From Patescibacteria group bacterium (GTDB lineage: Bacteria > Patescibacteriota > Microgenomatia > UBA10105 > UBA927), in the NCBI GenBank assembly GCA_003545435.1, contig DPYI01000025.1, positions 19,701 through 83,700 of the forward strand: DNA of 64,000 nt, read 5' to 3'. Every line of letters begins with the position of its first letter. The stretch's first letter is position 1. The notes under the pieces are model-generated. The model did not search any database and was not told the DNA's origin. It saw only the letters and a program-made list of their open reading frames with translations. Below are positions 58,062 through 64,000 of this stretch, piece after piece. Both the position numbers and the translations under genes were made by a program.

Positions 58062-59771
58062 ATGAAGCATACGATTGCACTTTTATTTATAATTTTCTTT
58101 GCTTCAATAATCCGGCTTCTGCTCTTGGACAGAATTCCAACTGCGGTAAGCGGGGATGAGCTGACATATATTGTCACTTCCCGTTCAGTGTATCTAACCG
58201 GTTCTGACATAACAGGAACCTGGCCATTATGGAAAAGCTCTCTATTTCAATATCCCCCTAAAGAACATCAGGCGGAATTACCATACCTTATCATTCTTCC
58301 TTTCGTAGGTTGGTTTGGAAATTCCTTTTTCTGGATCAGATTTCCGTTTGCTGTAATGGGAGTATTAATCGTACTTCTTATGTATCTCATAACGAAACGT
58401 CTTTTTGATAAACAAACAGGGATTGTTGCTGCAGTCTTTGCAGCTGTTAATCCATGGTTGGTATATATGAGCCGGACTGCTTATGAGATGATTCCCGCAA
58501 CGCTGTTTATTCTCTCTTCGATATATTATATTCTGGACAAACAAAAAAAACATATCTATCTGGCTATTCCGTTTCTTATCCTTGCTTTTTATTCCTACAT
58601 CGGCACAAAACTCATCATTCTTCCCCTCATACTTCTTGTTGTTTTCTATGCACGCAACACTTCCCGTAGGAAAAACACACTGCTGCCCCACATCGTCATT
58701 ACTCTTACTGGAATTTTTCTCGTATGCTTCTTTGTCCTTATGCAGAAAGGACAGGGTGGCTCCAGAATGGGAGATTTGTTTCTTCCCAGTGACTCCACCA
58801 TTCAACAAACAGTCGATCAAATGCGTAAAATAACCATTGACAATCCTGTCCGAAATGTACTGATTAATAAAGCCACCGTTTATATATGGACGCTTGCAGG
58901 AAAAGCATTCGCTGCTTTTTCTCCTACGTATCTCTTTTTTGAAGGAGATCTTTTTTTCTCTCTCTGGCATGGTTTTCTCTATGTTATTGATGCACTGTTT
59001 ATTTGCATCGGATTCATCTTTCTTGCATATAAAGATAAAAGGCTTGGACTGTTTTTTGCTCTGCTTCTGTTCCTTTCCATTTTCCCTCAGCTTTTCCATA
59101 AAAATCAGGCCAACTTCTCCAGCCATACAGCACTTCTTATACCTTTTTTGATCATCCTATCCGCCTACGGTGTACGCCAAATCATCGGTATATTCAGTTC
59201 AAAAAACATTCGAAGGCTTGCTGGATTGGTTTTTGCGTTTCTTTATCTTGGGTGTGTCGTGTATTTCCTTCATACGTATTTTTTCCGTTATCCCCTGCAG
59301 GAACGCAATGAATTCCACGTACGGACGCTCTCACGGTATCTTAAACTTACCGAAAATAGGGATACTCGAGTATTTATAAAAACTCCGCATCCTTACAACG
59401 TATTTAAAAAATATGTATTTTATACAAACAATATCCAAAAATCTTCAATACCGATTCTTCGGAAAGCGTATACCAATAAGAATTATACTCTGGGAAACAT
59501 CGTATTTCTTCCCTGTTATACAGATATCCCCAGTGATGGCATATCCTCTTCACTCATCATTGATTCTGATTGTTCAGAGACTATCAATGGACAGGGAAAT
59601 ATACATATTGCACGGCTTGTCGATGGAGGATCTTCCTACACCATATACTTTGATAGAATATGTGGAGATTTTTCTTTAAAAAGATATCCGTATGGCATAA
59701 CGTGGGACGATCTTTCTGTTGAGAAGATGCCTCTCAAGAAATTCTGCGAAACCTACATATCCGAATATTAG
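58062..59771 (+). CDS. GT-C glycosyltransferase (PMT_2/ArnT-like, WDE-related)
   Basis: SGDELTY...TGSD..G, RFP, NPW...SR.AYE, FSP.YLFFEGD. Confidence 0.75.
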   Translation: MKHTIALLFIIFFASIIRLLLLDRIPTAVSGDELTYIVTSRSVYLTGSDITGTWPLWKSSLFQYPPKEHQAELPYLIILPFVGWFGNSFFWIRFPFAVMGVLIVLLMYLITKRLFDKQTGIVAAVFAAVNPWLVYMSRTAYEMIPATLFILSSIYYILDKQKKHIYLAIPFLILAFYSYIGTKLIILPLILLVVFYARNTSRRKNTLLPHIVITLTGIFLVCFFVLMQKGQGGSRMGDLFLPSDSTIQQTVDQMRKITIDNPVRNVLINKATVYIWTLAGKAFAAFSPTYLFFEGDLFFSLWHGFLYVIDALFICIGFIFLAYKDKRLGLFFALLLFLSIFPQLFHKNQANFSSHTALLIPFLIILSAYGVRQIIGIFSSKNIRRLAGLVFAFLYLGCVVYFLHTYFFRYPLQERNEFHVRTLSRYLKLTENRDTRVFIKTPHPYNVFKKYVFYTNNIQKSSIPILRKAYTNKNYTLGNIVFLPCYTDIPSDGISSSLIIDSDCSETINGQGNIHIARLVDGGSSYTIYFDRICGDFSLKRYPYGITWDDLSVEKMPLKKFCETYISEY

Positions 59772-60646
59772 CAATAGTTCTTCAGTCGTTTTAGAAAGAT
59801 CGGGAAGAAAAAAGGTAATGCGCGGCAAAATCCTTTCACCATAATTGCATCTCCCCGTATTATACTTGTACACAATCGTATTGGAATCCATATCGTACCC
59901 AAAAAGAGTTGATATGCTGATGCGTGTTTCCAGATAAAGAAAAACTGATTGCGGAAAGCGGTTTCTTTTATCATATTCCTGGAATAACGCTGAAAAATTT
60001 TTCCGTCTTCATGAAAATGCTTTACCACACTCTTCGGTTCAAATAATACCCGGTATCCCTTTTTTTTGGCTCGATATGAAAGGTCAATATCTTCCCAATA
60101 AAAGGGGTTATATATCGTATCCATACCTCCTAATTCATTCCATATGGTACGTCTGAAGGCACTACTTCCGCCGGACACCCACGCAGTGTCCGTTTTATCT
60201 ACTTCTCCCCGTTTATGTATATAAAACCCTTTTTCCCATCGACCGATTCCCCTGCCCCGCAAAACTATTTTCCCTTTCTCTATGCTTTTATCCATACACC
60301 CTACGGCAAATACAGTCGGATCGGAAAAATGAGAAATAAGCGGCTCAAGAAATCCTTTTTCCGGTTCAACATCAGTGTTCAGAAGCACAACGATATCGGT
60401 TTTGGCTTCCCGTACACCCACATTGACCGTAGAAGCAAACCCCTCATGCCTGTCTTTTCTAATAGTCCTGATATCGGGAAAATTCTCCTGTATATATGAA
60501 ACAGACTCATCAGTAGAACAATCATCGACAATGATAAGTGTTGCACTCCCGCTGTGCTTTGCCACCTCGCTGAGATGTTTCTCCAACAACAGTTTTCCAT
60601 TCCAATTCGGTATGATGATACTGACGGACATTTTTGGTGTCTTCAT
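59768..60646 (-). CDS. GT2 glycosyltransferase (WbbL-like)
   Basis: IPNWNG, VDDCSTD, LLNTD, PFYWEDIDL. Confidence 0.88.
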   Translation of the reverse strand: MKTPKMSVSIIIPNWNGKLLLEKHLSEVAKHSGSATLIIVDDCSTDESVSYIQENFPDIRTIRKDRHEGFASTVNVGVREAKTDIVVLLNTDVEPEKGFLEPLISHFSDPTVFAVGCMDKSIEKGKIVLRGRGIGRWEKGFYIHKRGEVDKTDTAWVSGGSSAFRRTIWNELGGMDTIYNPFYWEDIDLSYRAKKKGYRVLFEPKSVVKHFHEDGKIFQRYSRNMIKETAFRNQFFFIWKHASAYQLFLGTIWIPIRLCTSIIRGDAIMVKGFCRALPFFFPIFLKRLKNYC

Positions 60647-62349
60647 GGGGTTTTTATATTTCCTTGGGCAATATATATTGCCGGTGTTCCGTCTAAATAG
60701 TTAATGCGATACAAAGGATCAATAGTAGGGGAAAATTCCTTCGGCAAACCTACAAATAATGTTCTCTTTTTGCTAAAATCATCCAAACTGAATTTGTGGA
60801 ACTCAAATATGTCATACGTATTCCCCTCTTCTCCCCATCCTCCGGATTTCGTCCCTCCCTGTTTGCTATACAAAGCCGGATCGTATTTTGAATAATACAG
60901 CATAAATATATAAGGCCATTCCAATGCCGAAGAAACAACAATGCGATCATAAGAACTTTTATTTTTCATAAGATATTCCGTCATTTCCTTCCTCCCGTAT
61001 ACCCAATCTTTGGATCTTTCATAAGGGATATGCAATATATATTGATGTACATAGTAGTATGAAGATAAACAAATCACGAAACCGAAAATTCCCATAAAAA
61101 TATGTACAGGAATCCTTTTTTCCCGTAAAAAATCATATACACAAAAAACGCCATGCGCTGTGATGATCATTAAAGGAATTGTCATGCCCAAAACCCGTAT
61201 GGCATGAGGTATGTCCCAAGTAATCGACGCAGGAATTGGAGCAATAAGAATCCATAAAATAATATATATCGCCTCACGTTTATCGGATTTTTGTACAAGA
61301 TAATAAAGTCCTAACGGGATAAAAGGAAGCATCCACAAAAAGCAAAGTCCGACAAACGGAGTATGATGCTGTTTTTCATCGTAATCAAAAAAAAGAAAAG
61401 CGGGAGAAAAATGGGTAAAATATCCTTTCAAAACAATATCGGCAGATGTAAATACTGTGTTGTCATGGAATAATCTTCTCGGGAGATTAATACCAAGTTT
61501 CGCATCATAAAACATCTCTTTCTCTTTTTGTTTATATATATCAAGTGCCTGCTGAGTGCTAAATACGCTTGTTCCTTTTACCCGAATATGAACATTATAA
61601 AAAAGCGTGTCACCAATGAGAATAGTGCCGAAAAATCCTGCCGCTACAATAAATCTGACCAAATCATTTTTATTTACTTTCCTCAGATCTTTCCAATAAA
61701 GAAGTGTTAGCACAAGGCCGAGCATGGGTGCAAGAACACGGAAACTTAGGTAAGAGTAGGTTGCCAAACCAAACGAAAGAACCGAAAGCAGAAGAAGTCC
61801 GGGTCTATGCTTCATTCCATAAAGAAACAGAGTTGCCCCCAATGTGATAAAAAAGAGTCCAACGTTAGCCTCAGCAGCCATCCTGGAAAATTGAATGTGC
61901 CACGGAAGAATTGCCAGAAGAAAAGAGGAAAGAAGAGGTATTCGTTCATTGTTAATTGTTGATTGCTTATTGATTGTTGCATTTTGTCCAAGCGCACAAA
62001 GTCCCTTCACAAGAAAAAACAAAGATAACACAGTTAGTACCCCGAAAAATGCTGAAGGGAATCTGACGCTAAAGTCGTTATATCCAAATACTGCAATAGA
62101 TCCGACCGTTAGATATGCATAAACGGGAAGTTTGTAATCATCCAATGATCGGAAATATACCGGCAGAAATTTCCCAAATTCGTCTTTCCCGGTTTTGAGA
62201 ACGGAATACGCATTGTATCCGAATGCTGCTTCATCCCAATTTAAAGACGGCGGGACTGACGGAAACTTATAAAACCGGAAAAATACCGCTATCAAGAGAA
62301 TGCATCCTAACGCAATTTTCACAAAACGCTTCTCCATATTGTTATTCAT
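60643..62349 (-). CDS. GT-C glycosyltransferase (PMT_2/ArnT-like, WDE group)
   Basis: NWDEAAFGYNAYSVLKTGKDEFG, DYKLP, RFPSA, PWHIQFSR, PHAIR. Confidence 0.8.
   Translation of the reverse strand: MNNNMEKRFVKIALGCILLIAVFFRFYKFPSVPPSLNWDEAAFGYNAYSVLKTGKDEFGKFLPVYFRSLDDYKLPVYAYLTVGSIAVFGYNDFSVRFPSAFFGVLTVLSLFFLVKGLCALGQNATINKQSTINNERIPLLSSFLLAILPWHIQFSRMAAEANVGLFFITLGATLFLYGMKHRPGLLLLSVLSFGLATYSYLSFRVLAPMLGLVLTLLYWKDLRKVNKNDLVRFIVAAGFFGTILIGDTLFYNVHIRVKGTSVFSTQQALDIYKQKEKEMFYDAKLGINLPRRLFHDNTVFTSADIVLKGYFTHFSPAFLFFDYDEKQHHTPFVGLCFLWMLPFIPLGLYYLVQKSDKREAIYIILWILIAPIPASITWDIPHAIRVLGMTIPLMIITAHGVFCVYDFLREKRIPVHIFMGIFGFVICLSSYYYVHQYILHIPYERSKDWVYGRKEMTEYLMKNKSSYDRIVVSSALEWPYIFMLYYSKYDPALYSKQGGTKSGGWGEEGNTYDIFEFHKFSLDDFSKKRTLFVGLPKEFSPTIDPLYRINYLDGTPAIYIAQGNIKTP
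61941..61979. repeat. degenerate heptamer tandem repeat (ATTGTTG-like)
   Basis: attgtta attgttg attgctt attg attgttg; encodes TINKQSTINNE. Confidence 0.65.
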
Positions 62350-64000
62350 AACGTAATTGTACTGTGTGAATACCCGCCGGGACAACTATTCCTATAAAAA
62401 TATAGTTGGTTCTGAATGTCTTTACCTTCTTTCCATCTACAAACGCTTTCCAATTTTTGTGGTATATATTTCCGATAAAAAGTAATCTCTGGGCATTCGT
62501 CTGAACCGAAACGTCAATGGCGTTGTCCCTATATGTTGTTATATCTGCTCTCTCTTCAGATGAAATCGGGTCTTTATCGGTGTAAACTTCTTCCTCAATG
62601 ACTCCCTGTGTCCCCATCTGAAACGAGGGAGCGTACAGAGCCTCAATAATCTTTTTTTCTTCCCGTATCACGTCAACATGGTCAAGCAGGTATACCCGAG
62701 GGAGCACGCCCATAAACTCATACACTCTCGTTTGGCCTTCCTGCATGATTTTTTGAAAACGACTATCAAGAATATCTGAAAGGGAAAGAACAAAACGTAC
62801 TCCAAGAAGCTTAAATAAAGGAGAGGTAATATTTTTAGGTGTCACAATGCGGTTAAAACCGAACGGTCCGGTTATATTCGGTTCTCCCCGTTCCATAGCT
62901 GCTATAAACTTTTCATATCTGACACTATACAAAGGATCGTACCCGGATATTGATTCGATGCCGTAATACAAGCTCACATTCGGCGGCATGATTCTGTCGT
63001 CCACGGAGGTTATCCGATACGGTTTTGGTTGTTTTTCAAAAAAAGAAATAATTTCTGTTTTTGGAAAAAATAGACGTGAATCAGTAAACGGAGTAAATTT
63101 CCATGCAAAACGCGACAGATCAAAAAAAGATATACCTATAATGAGTACTGCTCCGGTCAAGGGGATAACCATATTTCGTCTCTTGTTCATTAATTCAAAA
63201 ACAGTACGAATGATAACCACAAGGAAAATTAAAATGCATATAAAAGTCGGAAAAAGGATGTTCCGGCTAGTTACGTCTAATTGTTCCTTTGGAATTCCAT
63301 ACGTATTATTTTTTACTACATACCATATGCATCCAAATAATATTGCTGCCACGGCCACTGTTATTACCGTATATTTTTTCCTGCTGTTATGTATCCAATC
63401 TTCTAATCCGATTGCTGCCAACACGCACAGTCCGACATCAACAATGGCAAGCAGTCTTGTCGGTTGAAGCGATGAAAGGATCGGAATCCGAAAAACATAC
63501 GGTGTGCCAGAAACAGGTGTGGGAAGAGCAAATAGAAGTCCGATAAGTACTACAGAAAACCAAAATGCTATATGACGTTTTTTCTTTGAAAAGATTGAAT
63601 ACAGTACAAAAAATAATCCAGCTATTCCGATATATCCGCAAAACTCCCCGTAATTCCATATCCCCCAATAGTTTAGAGTAGCAGGGTTACCAAAAAAATC
63701 AGGGGTCACAAACTGTATAAGATTTTGAAAAGGAAGAAAAAATCCTTCATTTTTAACTAATGCTCCGTCCTGTAATCTGCTCATACCCGGGAGTTCTGAA
63801 AGAACGGGTATCCAATGGACAGATGTCAATAACATAAACAAACCGAGACTTCCCGCAATTTCCAAAAATACACCTGTACGAAAAATAGCGGATGGTTTTT
63901 GATCTAAAAAACGGAAAATCGCGTAGGCAATCAATAAAATAAAGGAATATAAAAATACCTGACTGTGTCCGGCAAAATATTGTGCTGCTAAAACCAAACC
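62342..64000 (-). CDS. YfhO-family membrane protein (putative GT-C), 5' end outside the window
   Basis: AGHSQ, FFGNPAT.NYWG, SGYDPL, WKA.VDG...RTNYIF.G..VPAG.H. Confidence 0.82.
   Translation of the reverse strand, partial: GLVLAAQYFAGHSQVFLYSFILLIAYAIFRFLDQKPSAIFRTGVFLEIAGSLGLFMLLTSVHWIPVLSELPGMSRLQDGALVKNEGFFLPFQNLIQFVTPDFFGNPATLNYWGIWNYGEFCGYIGIAGLFFVLYSIFSKKKRHIAFWFSVVLIGLLFALPTPVSGTPYVFRIPILSSLQPTRLLAIVDVGLCVLAAIGLEDWIHNSRKKYTVITVAVAAILFGCIWYVVKNNTYGIPKEQLDVTSRNILFPTFICILIFLVVIIRTVFELMNKRRNMVIPLTGAVLIIGISFFDLSRFAWKFTPFTDSRLFFPKTEIISFFEKQPKPYRITSVDDRIMPPNVSLYYGIESISGYDPLYSVRYEKFIAAMERGEPNITGPFGFNRIVTPKNITSPLFKLLGVRFVLSLSDILDSRFQKIMQEGQTRVYEFMGVLPRVYLLDHVDVIREEKKIIEALYAPSFQMGTQGVIEEEVYTDKDPISSEERADITTYRDNAIDVSVQTNAQRLLFIGNIYHKNWKAFVDGKKVKTFRTNYIFIGIVVPAGIHTVQLRYE

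Noticed and set aside
58365-59126. 253-aa antisense ORF
   Set aside because: Lies wholly opposite a well-supported GT-C gene. Its Lys/Glu/Asn-rich sequence is the mirror of Phe/Leu-rich codons and has no motifs.
1-64000. Poly-A/T runs of 8-10 nt as phase-variation tracts
   Set aside because: They are frequent throughout this AT-rich DNA, all genes are intact, and there are no long poly-G/C tracts.
1-64000. Alternative genetic code (TGA recoded)
   Set aside because: Full-length proteins end at TGA in many ATGA overlaps, and the standard code gives uninterrupted ORFs.

Overview
The whole 64 kb window is one cell-surface glycosylation locus, truncated at both ends. It has about 47 tightly packed genes, all on the minus strand except three. 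Bases 1-14.6 kb encode NDP-sugar enzymes: RfbF/RfbG/RfbH (CDP-3,6-dideoxyhexose pathway), a second ColD-like 3-dehydratase, SDR epimerase/reductases, a YerE/acetolactate-synthase-like TPP enzyme and a split transketolase. Together these suggest branched-chain dideoxy sugars. The rest holds GT2/GT4 transferases, three polyprenol-phosphate glycosyltransferase-like GT2s, one Wzx-like flippase and a FkbM methyltransferase. The locus also has about 23 multi-pass GT-C-fold-like membrane proteins (one at 4.1 kb, the rest from 14.9 kb on) in at least five paralogous groups. Gene style suggests a Patescibacteria/CPR (Microgenomates-like) genome, which is inference only. Non-coding signals are three GTCATT...(A/G)ATGAC cruciform elements, a perfect 36-bp palindrome, 7- and 9-mer tandem repeats in coding loops (three different ones at the same loop of three paralogues), and -10 boxes 6-8 nt before several start codons. 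No rRNA, tRNA, CRISPR array or transposase was seen. All family calls come from reading motifs by eye, not from database searches.
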